Source: a virus (lineage: Duplodnaviria > Heunggongvirae > Uroviricota > Caudoviricetes). From it: a DNA stretch of 43,794 bases. The notes under the pieces were generated by a model, which did not search any database, was not told where the DNA came from, and was given only the letters and a program-made list of their open reading frames with translations. Location: the IMG/VR virus record IMGVR_UViG_2734482574_000013, one strand, 5' to 3'. The position numbers and the translations under genes were made by a program. Shown here piece after piece: positions 1 to 9,795 of the stretch (its first letter is position 1; each line of letters opens with the position of its first letter).

Positions 1-1236
1 CTACGATAACCGCGCATTCAACATGGCTACCTGTTCGTCGTTCATGTCATCAATCCACATACCGTAAATTTCATACACCATCTGCGCAGTTTCATGCCCC
101 ATCTGGCTGGCTATAAACGCCGGGTTCGCTCCTGCCGTCAACAGCCAGCAGGCAAAAGTATGCCGCGTATGGTACGGATTACGGCGGCGAATACCAGCAC
201 GTTTTACTGCTGCATTCCATCTCGCACCCAAACTGCTTACCGAGTAATAAGGTTTCTGTTTTCCGTTACACACTCTGGGCATGAAAACAAAATGCAGTTT
301 TTGCTTTTCGGTTCTGCCGTACTCCCGATGATAAAAAGTGATTTCGCTTTTGCGATGATGCCCGGTCAGTTTGTATTGCTCCTTCAGTGCTTCAAGAGCA
401 GGCTGCAGTAGTGTTACCGTCCGGATCCCCGCATTTGTTTTTGGGGGACCGAACATATCCAGTATCGTCAGGTTTCTTCTGACATTCACAACTCCCTTCT
501 CGAAATCCACATCCTCCCACGCCAGAGCAGCCAGTTCCCCGTGACGAAGCCCGGAGTATACGGCAAATTTCCACAAGTTCTGGCTCTGTCCTTTTTCACT
601 TTCCATTAATGCATTGAATTCTGTTTTAGATAACGGGTCAGGCTTTATTCTGTTTCTCTGTAATTTCTTTACTCCTTCAAATGGTTTGGTTGATATAAAT
701 CCCGACTGATACGCAAAACGTAACAACGAACAGAGCAGGGCGATATAGTTATCAACTGTGCGCACGGTTCTTCCTTTTTTGTTGGATCTTGGATTATCCA
801 GGTAAAGCGTTTCTCCATGCAGCAGTTCATTCCGGTAGTTTAAGATATCGCTATAACGAATATGCGATATCGGAGTACTCTCACAAATTATTATCCTGAG
901 TGTTTTTAATTGTGATTTCGTTTTCTTCATTGTGTTTGTTGTTAACTCTGTTTCTTTAATTTTTGTCCAGATATCACAAAGCTCCCCGAACGTTTTTATG
1001 ACCCTCGTTGTCACCATTTTTGCCCCAGTGCTGGACTGGGGAAAACGTCTTAAATACTCAAACTCACCGGAATTGATTTCATGAACTATCAACGCTCTTA
1101 AATTCCCGGCTTTTTTAATGTTACTGTTAGTAACCTCCCAGCCTTTCAATGTTTCCCGACATCGTTTTCCTCGAAACATGAACCAGATGCGAATGTATTT
1201 ACCTCGAATCTCGACACCTGTTGGTAATTTAGACAT
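1..1236 (-). CDS. intR: Phage integrase, tyrosine recombinase (411 aa); stop codon at positions 1-3
   Basis: Full ORF; C-terminal R..HxxR..Y-type catalytic region (HTRHTFACWLL...YEIYGMW); first gene of the early-left operon next to an excisionase-like gene; matches recalled Rac IntR length. Confidence 0.93.
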   Translation of the reverse strand: MSKLPTGVEIRGKYIRIWFMFRGKRCRETLKGWEVTNSNIKKAGNLRALIVHEINSGEFEYLRRFPQSSTGAKMVTTRVIKTFGELCDIWTKIKETELTTNTMKKTKSQLKTLRIIICESTPISHIRYSDILNYRNELLHGETLYLDNPRSNKKGRTVRTVDNYIALLCSLLRFAYQSGFISTKPFEGVKKLQRNRIKPDPLSKTEFNALMESEKGQSQNLWKFAVYSGLRHGELAALAWEDVDFEKGVVNVRRNLTILDMFGPPKTNAGIRTVTLLQPALEALKEQYKLTGHHRKSEITFYHREYGRTEKQKLHFVFMPRVCNGKQKPYYSVSSLGARWNAAVKRAGIRRRNPYHTRHTFACWLLTAGANPAFIASQMGHETAQMVYEIYGMWIDDMNDEQVAMLNARLS

Positions 1237-1237
1237 A

Positions 1238-1453
1238 TCATGAGTCTTTGATAAACTGATTTATCTTTGGATAGTTATACCAGATAATCCCTCGCTTACT
1301 GTCTGGCTTCCCTAAAGGAGATACTCGTTTGAAGTGGAAGCCTTCCACCCAACAGTTCTGGCGGTATGCTTCAATTTGTCTGGCCCCCAGACCAGTGCGA
1401 AGCATCAGGCCGTATTCAACCATCCACTCTTCATTAAAGATTACTTGTGCCAT
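1238..1453 (-). CDS. ydaQ: Excisionase-like small protein (71 aa from MAQVIF start)
   Basis: Small ORF directly upstream of int with 1-nt spacing; RBS GAGGTGA 5 nt before the ATG at 1453; track ORF 1238-1477 is a longer N-extended version. Confidence 0.75.
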   Translation of the reverse strand: MAQVIFNEEWMVEYGLMLRTGLGARQIEAYRQNCWVEGFHFKRVSPLGKPDSKRGIIWYNYPKINQFIKDS

Positions 1454-1552
1454 CGCATCACCTCTGGCAGGCGCCAATGTTAGACTTAAATTGACGCCCG
1501 ATGTTGATTATTAATAATCAGCTATGAAGTTTTAATTTGAATACAATGCAAT

Positions 1553-1741
1553 TCACGAGGACTGAAGTTTCTCGCAATTAAAATTTATCAGTTTTACTTT
1601 CTGCTCTCTGGAAACGCCTGCTTCTTTTTTACCTGAGAGCATTTTTTCGCATTCTGATTTCGTTAGTTTAGATTTTGAATATCTTGTCCAGTTAGTAGGA
1701 GTGCCACCTTCCTTTTCAATAGTGGCGGTAATTTTATACAT
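1553..1741 (-). CDS. ydaC: YdaC-like small phage protein (62 aa, starts MYKITAT)
   Basis: Strong RBS GGAGG 5 nt before the ATG at 1741; the track ORF 1553-1813 is an upstream extension overlapping ralR in another frame. Confidence 0.7.
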   Translation of the reverse strand: MYKITATIEKEGGTPTNWTRYSKSKLTKSECEKMLSGKKEAGVSREQKVKLINFNCEKLQSS

Positions 1742-1940
1742 GAACACCTCCATTATTATTTCCAGTGGTTCGTTTATTTCATCGTTCGAGTGCTTCTTTT
1801 TCACTTCCACCATAACCGGTTCGGGATTCGCATCCGTTACACTTCGCTCGGTAATATCCTGAAATGGCTTTCACCGTTACTGATGGACAACCACAAAATG
1901 GACATGGTTTAACATTGTCATATCTCATAATTTTTCTCAT
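1734..1940 (-). pseudogene. ralR: Restriction-alleviation protein RalR/Lar interrupted by an in-frame TGA (plus-strand tca at 1779-1781)
   Basis: Minus-strand reading MRKIMRYDNVKPCPFCGCPSVTVKAISGYYRAKCNGCESRTGYGGSEKEALER-stop-NKRTTGNNNGGVHV-stop; Cys-rich zinc-finger-like pattern; counted from MRYDN (ATG at 1928) an intact product would be 64 aa, the length I recall for RalR. Confidence 0.6.
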
Positions 1941-1983
1941 AAAAATATTTCAAGTTGGCGGTGCATTACACCGCCAGGCTGAA

Positions 1984-2793
1984 TTATTCCTCTGAATTAT
2001 CGATTACACTGTATTCCCCGGTTAATACAGAGGAATCTGCAGGATCGATTGTCAGTGGTTCCTTTTCATCCATTGATACTGCACGCTGGATCTCAATTGA
2101 TACGGGCAGATATTTGAACAGGCGACGAATAGCCGTTTTCTTTGCCATTTCTTCCCAGTGAGTTACCCACGGCCCGTTATTACCAGCTTTACTCTGGCTG
2201 CGCACCAGCTCAATCTGTTTGCGCGTCATAACTTCAAACTGAGTACCTCCGTCTTTCAGTCTTGCGACAGCATAGACGTGGGTAACAGGGGCATCTTCGT
2301 TTTCTCCTGGGCGGTGTATTAACTTTTCATCAAGGCCAAATTCGAAATTAAACTCGTCACCTTCACGGACAACACGGGCTGACAGGCTGGCGATTTGACC
2401 TGAACGGCGAGCCAGATCAATCATGCCGCGATAGCCAATGATTAGCTGAACGTTTTTTTTACCGCTCTTTTCGTTTTTATTACCAAAAGGCAGTAAATAT
2501 GCATGACCGAGGGCGCTACCGGGCTCAAGTCCGAGCTGTGAACACTGTACGATTGCACTGACAAAACTCATAGTGTCACAGTTTCCTAACGCCGGAACTT
2601 TACGAATTTCTGTGGTGGCGATACGGATCATACGTTCAGCCGTCATATGGCGTGGAAGAGCTGCTGCCAGTTGCTCTTTCATTGATGGCTGGTTAATAAA
2701 ACTAATCACGTCGTTATTTTTAATTGCTGCTGGTGCACGGTTTCCCTGAGTTTTTTGCAGATCGGCTTTTGCGATTGGTGGTTGCTTAGTCAT
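1984..2793 (-). CDS. recT: RecT single-strand annealing recombinase (269 aa)
   Basis: Translation from [14 protein letters not shown] matches recalled RecT; RBS AAGGAA upstream of the ATG at 2793; 8-nt overlap with recE. Confidence 0.93.
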   Translation of the reverse strand: MTKQPPIAKADLQKTQGNRAPAAIKNNDVISFINQPSMKEQLAAALPRHMTAERMIRIATTEIRKVPALGNCDTMSFVSAIVQCSQLGLEPGSALGHAYLLPFGNKNEKSGKKNVQLIIGYRGMIDLARRSGQIASLSARVVREGDEFNFEFGLDEKLIHRPGENEDAPVTHVYAVARLKDGGTQFEVMTRKQIELVRSQSKAGNNGPWVTHWEEMAKKTAIRRLFKYLPVSIEIQRAVSMDEKEPLTIDPADSSVLTGEYSVIDNSEE

Positions 2794-5386
2794 TTGCATA
2801 TTCCTTAGCCCAGCGGGGCAGTGATAACGTCTTAATAGCTGGCCATTCATCGGTATTGAGGCAGTCAGCCAGGGTTCGCAGATTGCGGTGATATTCCAGC
2901 TGACCTGCCAGTTTTGCTTCTTCGCCCATCATGAAAATTTCAACCGGATAACGTCCGCATTCAATAGTTGTGCTGGCAACCAGAAAAACGAAAGTTGGCT
3001 GCACTCCAAACTGTGCTTCATAACCGTCACTGTAGAATGCATCCTGAACGTGATAGCGGTAGTCGTAATAAGCGGTTTTGAATCGTTGAATATCCGCCGT
3101 AGTTTTCACGTCCATGATCCAGTGAAATTCAGGGATAATTTTGTCCGGACGGCACCGACACAAAATTGCTGTTTCAGGATCTTCCCAGTAAATTGATGAT
3201 TCAGCGTGTCCGGCGCTTTCAACAAGCCATTGCCCCAGCGGCAAAGCCATAACGCTCTGATACATGAGTTCAATTTTCCGGCCTTCTTCGGCAGTGATAA
3301 CCGTTTTTCCTGTGCTTGCGCATTCCCTCAGAAACGCTTTCTCTTCTTCTTTTCCGGAGTTTGTCCGGCGGTTAAATTCAGGTGCTACGATAAAGCGGTT
3401 ACTGAATTCTTCCGGCTCAAGTACCCGGCAGTGGAAAGCGGTTCCTAAATCGAGCGTTTTTGTCTTTGTGGTGTCCACGGGGGCATTTTTACGCCACAAA
3501 TACAGTGCCGGAGTATCAGCAATGTCATCGAGCTGAGACTTACTGACACCGGGACCCGCGTGGTAATTCTCATTCGAAATTCCGTAATAAATACCTGGCT
3601 CTATGTCTTCTACGATTACGGGATCTGCGACTTCGCCAGTTTCATCACTGCAATCGCGATGCGGATCGCTGCCAGCATTCTCATTGTGCGGATGTTCAGC
3701 GCCTTCCATTTCCTCCGGATCATTTTCCTTAGCTTCAACCTGACTCTCTTCATCGAATGTTTCCTGGTATGTTGCGTCGCCCATCACCGCACCACAGTCA
3801 GGGCAGTTATCCCCGCCAGTCTGGCCGCAGGCATTGCAGGCTATTTCCGGTTCCTGTTGCACTACTGGCTCAGGTTGATTCATATCCGGGCTGGTTTTTT
3901 CCGTTTCTGGCTGGTTCTGGTACACACAATCGCGAGTCTGGATCCCCTTTACCCATTTCGGATCGTTCGGGTCGCTAATTCCGTCAACAAATTCACCACG
4001 TGATGCAGCAAGCAATTTATCGGCATCGACAGGATTTTTTGATGGAATGTTTTTCCGGGCTTCATGGAGTTCTGCCCGCAGTTCCTGATATTTCGCATCA
4101 ACAGAATTTACCTGTGACTGAGCATCCAGCGGCTGCGTGTCCTGATGATGTTCAGTTGCGTCCGGTTCCATTGTTTCAGCCTCTCCCTGTTCAACTGCCG
4201 TTGTTCCAGATGGTTGCGGTTTTTCTTCATCATCCTGTTTTCCTTCTTCTGTTACTCGCTGCGGCATCGGGGCAGAGGAGCGACCGCAGGCAATATCCAC
4301 GATTTCCGGATCAGGGTTGGCATGATCGGTTTCAGTCAGTACTTTGTTCAGATATTCAGTGACGTGCGCGGGGATGACCTCGATCCCAATTGGTGCTTCT
4401 TTTACGGACGCAACCACGATGGCGCGGGAATAATCCAGCCCGCCAGGCATGGTGATGAATTTGTCGCGGAAAACAGAAAAGGGCGGTTTATTTTCAGCGA
4501 TAATTTCCTCAATGCGTTTAGCGTGTGCCGGATGAAGGTTATAGATGTCCAGATCCATTGAACGGGCCAGTACGCCAGTGGCTACGTCCCGCGCCAGTGA
4601 CGTCAGATCGTGTACGAAACCTTCGCCGCGATCGGTGAGGTTTCCGCCGCCAGCATTAGCACCGGAAGCCGTGCGAGTGATGTGTGAAACACGATTACCC
4701 TTCATCCACTCTTTTGTCAGCAGTCCTCGATCGGTGTAGTCAGCGTTCAGGTATGCTTCGAAAAAAGCAGTTATCAGTCCCAGGTTTGAATTACCAGGAT
4801 TAGGGAAAACTTTGTCAGTGTCACGAACCAGTTTGTGGAGTTCGCGAATTTCCAGCGGGTCGAGCAGGCTGGTTTTGTGGGAAACAGCCAGGGCAGTAAC
4901 AGCCGGTAGTTCTTCAGCCCGAGCAATGTGTAATGCCTGGAGTCCGTCGCGTGAAACGTGCGTTACCGGTTTTTCGCTGCCGTGTTGAGCAAGCCAACGA
5001 ATGGGCAGTTCCTGGCCAGAAATTGGGAGTAGCATATTCTCCTCAATCTCAGTCATGTCTTCGCCGTTGACGTTGGTATTGCCTTGATAGTGAGCGTTGT
5101 CTGGTGCTGCTCCCGGTTTTAGTTCCCATGTCATGGAGTCTTTGCTGAGTTGATAGCGTTCACTCCAGGTAAAATCGATCTCACCTTCAGCGGGCAGGTC
5201 ATTAACGACAGGAAAATTCGTGGCAACAGCTTTAAAATAGCTGCTCAGTTTTTTACCTGACTTAACGATCAGGTAGTCCAGAGTGGCACAGGTCGATTCA
5301 AAATCGTTGCTTGCCCACAGGACGACGTCAGGTTCACCGGATGATTTTTTCGCTTTCCGTAACAGGAAGAGTGGTTTTGTGCTCAT
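2786..5386 (-). CDS. recE: RecE exonuclease VIII (866 aa)
   Basis: 866-aa ORF upstream of and overlapping recT; acidic central region and C-terminal nuclease region typical of RecE. Confidence 0.93.
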   Translation of the reverse strand: MSTKPLFLLRKAKKSSGEPDVVLWASNDFESTCATLDYLIVKSGKKLSSYFKAVATNFPVVNDLPAEGEIDFTWSERYQLSKDSMTWELKPGAAPDNAHYQGNTNVNGEDMTEIEENMLLPISGQELPIRWLAQHGSEKPVTHVSRDGLQALHIARAEELPAVTALAVSHKTSLLDPLEIRELHKLVRDTDKVFPNPGNSNLGLITAFFEAYLNADYTDRGLLTKEWMKGNRVSHITRTASGANAGGGNLTDRGEGFVHDLTSLARDVATGVLARSMDLDIYNLHPAHAKRIEEIIAENKPPFSVFRDKFITMPGGLDYSRAIVVASVKEAPIGIEVIPAHVTEYLNKVLTETDHANPDPEIVDIACGRSSAPMPQRVTEEGKQDDEEKPQPSGTTAVEQGEAETMEPDATEHHQDTQPLDAQSQVNSVDAKYQELRAELHEARKNIPSKNPVDADKLLAASRGEFVDGISDPNDPKWVKGIQTRDCVYQNQPETEKTSPDMNQPEPVVQQEPEIACNACGQTGGDNCPDCGAVMGDATYQETFDEESQVEAKENDPEEMEGAEHPHNENAGSDPHRDCSDETGEVADPVIVEDIEPGIYYGISNENYHAGPGVSKSQLDDIADTPALYLWRKNAPVDTTKTKTLDLGTAFHCRVLEPEEFSNRFIVAPEFNRRTNSGKEEEKAFLRECASTGKTVITAEEGRKIELMYQSVMALPLGQWLVESAGHAESSIYWEDPETAILCRCRPDKIIPEFHWIMDVKTTADIQRFKTAYYDYRYHVQDAFYSDGYEAQFGVQPTFVFLVASTTIECGRYPVEIFMMGEEAKLAGQLEYHRNLRTLADCLNTDEWPAIKTLSLPRWAKEYAND

Positions 5387-5487
5387 TGTTTTTTAACCTC
5401 AACTCAGATTAAAATTCGTTTTGTTCAGTGAATGATCTTGCCGGATACACACTGTTCATAGCCTGCGCCATACGCAGGCTATTTCTT

Positions 5488-5763
5488 TCAGATTTCACCT
5501 TTTAATTTCATTGCAATTAGAGTTGCCAGAAATTCGGCTTTTTTTTCTGCGGGCAGATTCTTTCCGATATGCACCAGGCACATTTTTTTGACACCTTCAT
5601 CAAGTGTTTTTACGTTGCCTGATGGACCATCGATATCAACCACAGTGAATGGGGTTTCTTTATTTTCTGTTTTAATTACGTAGCCAATGCGCTTTCCTTC
5701 CAGATTCACCTCGTGAACAATGTCATCGGTAGTTACAACAGTGGCTTCATAATTGGTAATCAT
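5488..5763 (-). CDS. racC: RacC-like small protein (91 aa, starts MITNYEAT)
   Basis: Strong RBS AAGGAG before the ATG at 5763; position between recE and ydaE/kilR as in Rac. Confidence 0.8.
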   Translation of the reverse strand: MITNYEATVVTTDDIVHEVNLEGKRIGYVIKTENKETPFTVVDIDGPSGNVKTLDEGVKKMCLVHIGKNLPAEKKAEFLATLIAMKLKGEI

Positions 5764-5837
5764 GTTTTTCTCCTTAATTAAGGTTGAGCGAATACCTGCC
5801 ATTTCTGGCATAAATTCAGTTTCGAATAGTCAATTAA

Positions 5838-6008
5838 TTAAAGTTCATGTGCCATCTGGTCTTTTTCGGCACAAGCTTCACTGCAATATTTTCTCGGTTC
5901 GTCTTTTGATAAAATCCCGTGCATGAAGTGAAGCATTCTTTCAATAGCTTTGCTTTCTTCAACGTCTTTTTTGCAAAGGTGGTAAGCACATTTTATTTTC
6001 TTAGTCAT
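5838..6008 (-). CDS. ydaE: YdaE-like Cys/His-rich small protein (56 aa, [14 protein letters not shown]...)
   Basis: Below the ORF-track length cutoff; found by reading the minus strand. Start ATG overlaps the kilR stop (TGATG). Confidence 0.75.
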   Translation of the reverse strand: MTKKIKCAYHLCKKDVEESKAIERMLHFMHGILSKDEPRKYCSEACAEKDQMAHEL

Positions 6009-6229
6009 CACCATGACTCCGCCTTTACAGGTAAACCATCACGACCGAGGAAGACTTTAATCATGCGGTCAGTAATGCATGTTTTTGTGGTCAGGTTACG
6101 AATATATAGTTTTCGCTTTTTAATATTGTTTGCCGAGGCAATATATGTCCGGCCTTCATGAAGAACATAATCGCCAGGAGTCACACACTGACGTGGTATT
6201 TCATCAGTTCCGAAGTGATGTGCAATCAT
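6008..6229 (-). CDS. kilR: KilR, FtsZ-inhibiting killing protein (73 aa, starts MIAHHFG)
   Basis: RBS GGAGA before the ATG at 6229; sequence matches recalled KilR; track ORF extends 4 codons further upstream. Confidence 0.8.
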   Translation of the reverse strand: MIAHHFGTDEIPRQCVTPGDYVLHEGRTYIASANNIKKRKLYIRNLTTKTCITDRMIKVFLGRDGLPVKAESW

Positions 6230-6670
6230 AATTATCTCCATTTTTACAAATGAACTTTGTTGATGCGGTGCCTGGTGCCTCCAGGTGACTGCAACCAGTT
6301 AACAATTACAGTCGGCTTTCCCACCCAAACCAATAAGGACTAACATGACTTTTAACTGTGCCACGTGCGCTTAGCCGCATTCACCGCATCACAAAATTCA
6401 CTTTAAAAAGGGCGGACATCAGCCGAACTTCAAGAAAAAAACTGATGCCGCCAGGACTACACACAGCAATGTCGTTATTTACAACCGGAGGCGCACTCCC
6501 ACCATTTAAATTTAACAGACAAGACCGACTCTTTATGGATATCGGAAATGCGCCTTCGTGTTGTGCCCGGTTTTATTTCACCACCTCCGGGCTTCGGTGG
6601 TCTCGGCTATACCCCTACAGCGAGAGCTTGTGTTAACATTTCAATACCCTTACAGTTGAGAGTTATTGAT

Positions 6671-7159
6671 ATGTTGGATGTATTTACTCCATTGTTGAAA
6701 CTTTTTGCTAACGAGCCACTCGAAATACTTATGTATACGATTATCATTTTTGGTCTCACTCTCTGGCTGATACCGAAAGAGTTTACTGTCGCATTCAATG
6801 CTTATACTGAAATACCTTGGCTCTTTCAGATTATCGTTTTTGCCTTTTCTTTCGTGGTCGCCATTTCCTTCTCAAGATTGCGAGCACATATTCAAAAGCA
6901 TTATTCATTACTACCAGAGCAACGAGTATTGCTTCGTTTATCTGAGAAAGAAATCGCTGTATTTAAAGATTTCCTTAAAACAGGAAATCTTATTATCACT
7001 TCTCCTTGCCGTAACCCGGTTATGAAAAAATTAGAACGGAAGGGCATCATTCAACATCAGAGTGATAGCGCAAACTGTTCTTATTATCTCGTCACCGAAA
7101 AATACTCCCATTTTATGAAGTTATTCTGGAACAGCAGGAGTAGACGTTTTAATCGTTAG
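6671..7159 (+). CDS. sieB: Superinfection exclusion protein B (162 aa, starts MLDVFTPLL)
   Basis: Hydrophobic N-terminal membrane segments; matches recalled SieB; the track ORF from 6548 is an N-terminal extension. Confidence 0.82.
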   Translation: MLDVFTPLLKLFANEPLEILMYTIIIFGLTLWLIPKEFTVAFNAYTEIPWLFQIIVFAFSFVVAISFSRLRAHIQKHYSLLPEQRVLLRLSEKEIAVFKDFLKTGNLIITSPCRNPVMKKLERKGIIQHQSDSANCSYYLVTEKYSHFMKLFWNSRSRRFNR

Positions 7160-7311
7160 CTTACTGTGTGCTTCTCCAACCATCGGCGCGCACCAGTTTC
7201 GGTTTTAAATGTTTTGCTTTTGGTATACGTCATGGCAGTGAACGTTCCATCCTGGTTGGGGAACACGCCGCACACCAGGGATTCGTTGTTGCCGAGGTCG
7301 ATTTTTTGCAT
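7156..7311 (-). CDS. ydaF: YdaF-like small protein (51 aa, MQKIDLGNNESLV...)
   Basis: Below the ORF-track cutoff; read from the minus strand; convergent with and overlapping the sieB stop. Confidence 0.65.
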   Translation of the reverse strand: MQKIDLGNNESLVCGVFPNQDGTFTAMTYTKSKTFKTETGARRWLEKHTVS

Positions 7312-7321
7312 TTTGCGAATC

Positions 7322-7456
7322 TCACATCTTGTTGCTGTGTATAGCGACTTCTGCCTGCCAGAGATCCCAGTCGTTGCTGCGTAAAGCCTGCACAGCCTGG
7401 TTGTAAGTGATACCGCAACAATCCATCAAATACTGAACTACTTCGTAATGCACCAT
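7322..7456 (-). CDS. ydaG: YdaG-like small protein (44 aa, starts MVHYEVV)
   Basis: Strong RBS GGGGAGAG before the ATG at 7456; the track ORF 7322-7504 starts at an upstream GTG. Confidence 0.65.
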   Translation of the reverse strand: MVHYEVVQYLMDCCGITYNQAVQALRSNDWDLWQAEVAIHSNKM

Positions 7457-7599
7457 CTTATCTCTCCCCTTAACGCCGGGTGGCGGAACTGAAACCTGCT
7501 GCACTGCAAAATCTGAACCCTGCCGTCATGTTCATACGCCTCGGGCTGGCTACTTAACCCCTGACCACTGCCTGGTAACTCGAAGTATTGCCCTGCGTT

Positions 7600-7700
7600 C
7601 TGTGGGGCGGGGTGGGTTGGTAGGTATATAATGTACTTTGTGTTCATTGATGTAAAGTACTATAAGTACATTTTGTGTGTAAAAAAATGAGATGGGATAA
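7600..7700 (-). promoter_or_regulatory. Putative early-left promoter/operator region with repeated ATGTACT-type motifs
   Basis: ATGTACT at 7631-7637, palindromic AGTACT at 7656-7661 and inverted AGTACAT at 7666-7672; on the minus strand a TTACAT ... TATATA promoter-like pair overlaps them, directed toward ydaG. Confidence 0.4.
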
Positions 7701-7746
7701 AGTGAAGCACAAACCCGGAGGGGGACGCTACCGGATTTATGCTGGT

Positions 7747-8184
7747 TTAAGAGGCTTTTTGTTTTTTCTTTCGTGCTAGCTCTTCGTAAATTGCATTGTA
7801 CTTCTGTTTTTTCTCCTCAAGAGTTTTTAAAAGTTCATCTGTCTCACTGTCAGGGAGCTCGTCCAGAAGGTCAATGATGATTTTTTGTCTTGGATTTAAC
7901 TCCTGATAGAAACGTACCTGTCCACTTTCTTCTGTATCCTCTCCCAAAAGATAGGTTGGTGTTGTTCCAATGAGTGTTGCTAATTCCCTTAATTTCTCTC
8001 GGCGAGGAATTGTTTCGCCATTAAACCATTTGCTAACCGCTTTTGGTGTTAATTTCATTCGACGGGCAATTTCTGCCTGCCTTCCATGTTGTTCATAACC
8101 AGCGTTTTCACAGGCTAGCGCAAGCCTACTGGCGAACTCTTTACGCGCTTTATCTTCATGAACCATAAGTTCAATGATATTCAC
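7747..8184 (-). CDS. racR: Prophage repressor RacR, XRE-family HTH (145 aa from GTG at 8184)
   Basis: HTH segment (QAEIARRMKLTPKAVSKWFNG); divergent from ydaS-ydaT; no obvious SD, so the start (GTG 8184 or ATG 8166) is uncertain and the mRNA may be leaderless. Confidence 0.82.
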   Translation of the reverse strand: MNIIELMVHEDKARKEFASRLALACENAGYEQHGRQAEIARRMKLTPKAVSKWFNGETIPRREKLRELATLIGTTPTYLLGEDTEESGQVRFYQELNPRQKIIIDLLDELPDSETDELLKTLEEKKQKYNAIYEELARKKKQKAS

Positions 8185-8245
8185 TCTTGAATGTACTGTC
8201 AGTTCTGTTATAGCATGTACTCAAAGTTCACATTGTGAGGGTGAT
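8185..8245. promoter_or_regulatory. racR / ydaS divergent control region with two direct ATGTACT motifs
   Basis: ATGTACT at 8191-8197 and 8215-8221, 24 bp apart, between the divergent starts of racR (8184) and ydaS (8246). Confidence 0.45.
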
Positions 8246-8500
8246 ATGAACCAGAAAACACTTGAAGATGTAATCAAAACTGTTCGCGTTTCTGTTGTGG
8301 CCGACGTTTGTGGTGTCAGCCAAAGAGCAATCTACAAATGGATGGATAACGGAAAATTGCCTCGCACAGAATATACCGGCGAAACAAATTACGCTGAAAA
8401 AATCGCTCATGCATCAAACGGATTATTTTCTGCTGATGTAATTTTAACTATTGGCAGAAATAAAACTACTACGAAAAAGCTGATGGGAGTTGATTCATGA
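8246..8500 (+). CDS. ydaS: Cro-like HTH protein YdaS (84 aa from MNQKTLED)
   Basis: RBS GAGGGTGA before the ATG at 8246; HTH segment VADVCGVSQRAIYKWMDNG; divergent from the repressor; track ORF starts further upstream at 8174. Confidence 0.78.
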   Translation: MNQKTLEDVIKTVRVSVVADVCGVSQRAIYKWMDNGKLPRTEYTGETNYAEKIAHASNGLFSADVILTIGRNKTTTKKLMGVDS

Positions 8501-8919
8501 AAATCAAGCATGAGCACATCGAGTCAGTGTTGTTAGCCCTGGCAGCCGAAAAAGGGCAGGCATGGGTAGCCAATGCCATTACTGAAGAATATCTGCGCCA
8601 GGGGGGCGGCGAATTGCCCCTGGTACCAGGCAAGGACTGGAATAATCAGCAGAATATCTATCACCGTTGGTTGAAAGGTGAAACGAAAACGCAAAGAGAA
8701 AAAATTCAGAAGCTGATCCCAGCAATTCTGGCAATCCTTCCGCGCGAGCTGCGTCACCGACTCTGCATCTTCGATACCCTGGAACGCCGTGCATTACTGG
8801 CGGCGCAGGAAGCGTTAAGTACGGCAATTGATGCGCATGATGATGCAGTCCAAGCCGTTTACCGGAAAGCGCATTTCAGCGGCGGCGGGTCTTCCGACGA
8901 TTCTGTCATTGTTCATTAA
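8497..8919 (+). CDS. ydaT: YdaT, CII-like / toxic protein (140 aa)
   Basis: 140-aa ORF overlapping the ydaS stop by 4 nt; length and sequence match recalled YdaT. Confidence 0.82.
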   Translation: MKIKHEHIESVLLALAAEKGQAWVANAITEEYLRQGGGELPLVPGKDWNNQQNIYHRWLKGETKTQREKIQKLIPAILAILPRELRHRLCIFDTLERRALLAAQEALSTAIDAHDDAVQAVYRKAHFSGGGSSDDSVIVH

Positions 8920-8931
8920 GCAAAAGTTTCC

Positions 8932-9789
8932 ATGCTGTTTGTGCTTATTCTAAGCCACCGGGCAGCATCATACGGGGCAATTATGGCCGCATTACCATAC
9001 ATGCAACTGTACATAGCTGATTACCTGGCTGACACCATGCATTTGTCAGCAGAGGAGCATGGTGCGTATTTGTTGCTGATGTTCAATTACTGGCAAACAG
9101 GAAAGCCAATACCTAAAAACAGGCTGGCAAAAATTGCCCGTCTGACTAACGAGCGATGGGCTGATGTTGAACCATCCTTGCAGGAGTTTTTTTGCGATAA
9201 CGGCGAGGAATGGGTGCATCTTCGGATTGAGGAAGATCTGGCATCAGTCAGGGAAAAATTAACCAAAAAATCAGCCGCAGGAAAAGCATCTGTTCAGGCC
9301 AGAAGAAGCAGAAAGGAAGCAGATGTTCAAACAAAACAAGAGAGAAATTTAACAGGTGTTCAAACAGATGTTGAAGTGGTGTTTGAACATGATGTCAACA
9401 CAAAGGCAACTAATAAAGATACAGATAAAGATCTAAAAACAGATCCCCCCCTAAATCCCCCCCGGGGGAATCGAGGTGTCAAAAAGTTTGACCCTCTGGA
9501 TATTGCTTTGCCGAACTGGATTTCTGTCTCGCTTTGGCGTGAGTGGGTTGAATTTCGCCAGGCATTGCGAAAACCGATTCGAACGGAGCAGGGCGCTAAC
9601 GGGGCGATACGGGAGCTGGAAAAATTCCGCCAGCAGGGTTTTTCACCTGAGCAGGTGATTCGACACAGCATCGCCAATGAATACCAGGGCTTGTTCGCGC
9701 CGAAAGGTGTTCGACCTGAGACGTTACTCCGACAGGTTAACACCGTCTCGTTACCGGATAGTGCGATCCCGCCAGGCTTCAGGGGGTAA
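8932..9789 (+). CDS. ydaU: YdaU replication-initiation-like protein (285 aa)
   Basis: Position ahead of the DnaC-like gene; length matches recalled YdaU; contains two C7 homopolymer tracts. Confidence 0.8.
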   Translation: MLFVLILSHRAASYGAIMAALPYMQLYIADYLADTMHLSAEEHGAYLLLMFNYWQTGKPIPKNRLAKIARLTNERWADVEPSLQEFFCDNGEEWVHLRIEEDLASVREKLTKKSAAGKASVQARRSRKEADVQTKQERNLTGVQTDVEVVFEHDVNTKATNKDTDKDLKTDPPLNPPRGNRGVKKFDPLDIALPNWISVSLWREWVEFRQALRKPIRTEQGANGAIRELEKFRQQGFSPEQVIRHSIANEYQGLFAPKGVRPETLLRQVNTVSLPDSAIPPGFRG

Positions 9790-9795
9790 CTGACC

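Noticed and set aside
2888-4739. Several 60-150-aa plus-strand ORFs inside recE
   Set aside because: Antisense to a well-supported 866-aa recE; no RBS; low-complexity translations.
6358-6670. Upstream ORF 6358-6636 and the N-terminal extension of sieB from 6548
   Set aside because: SieB begins at MLDVF (6671), consistent with its known length; the extensions lack RBS and look non-coding.
7438-7647. 69-aa minus-strand ORF in the ydaG-racR intergenic region
   Set aside because: Overlaps the putative operator/promoter region; no RBS; more plausibly regulatory DNA.
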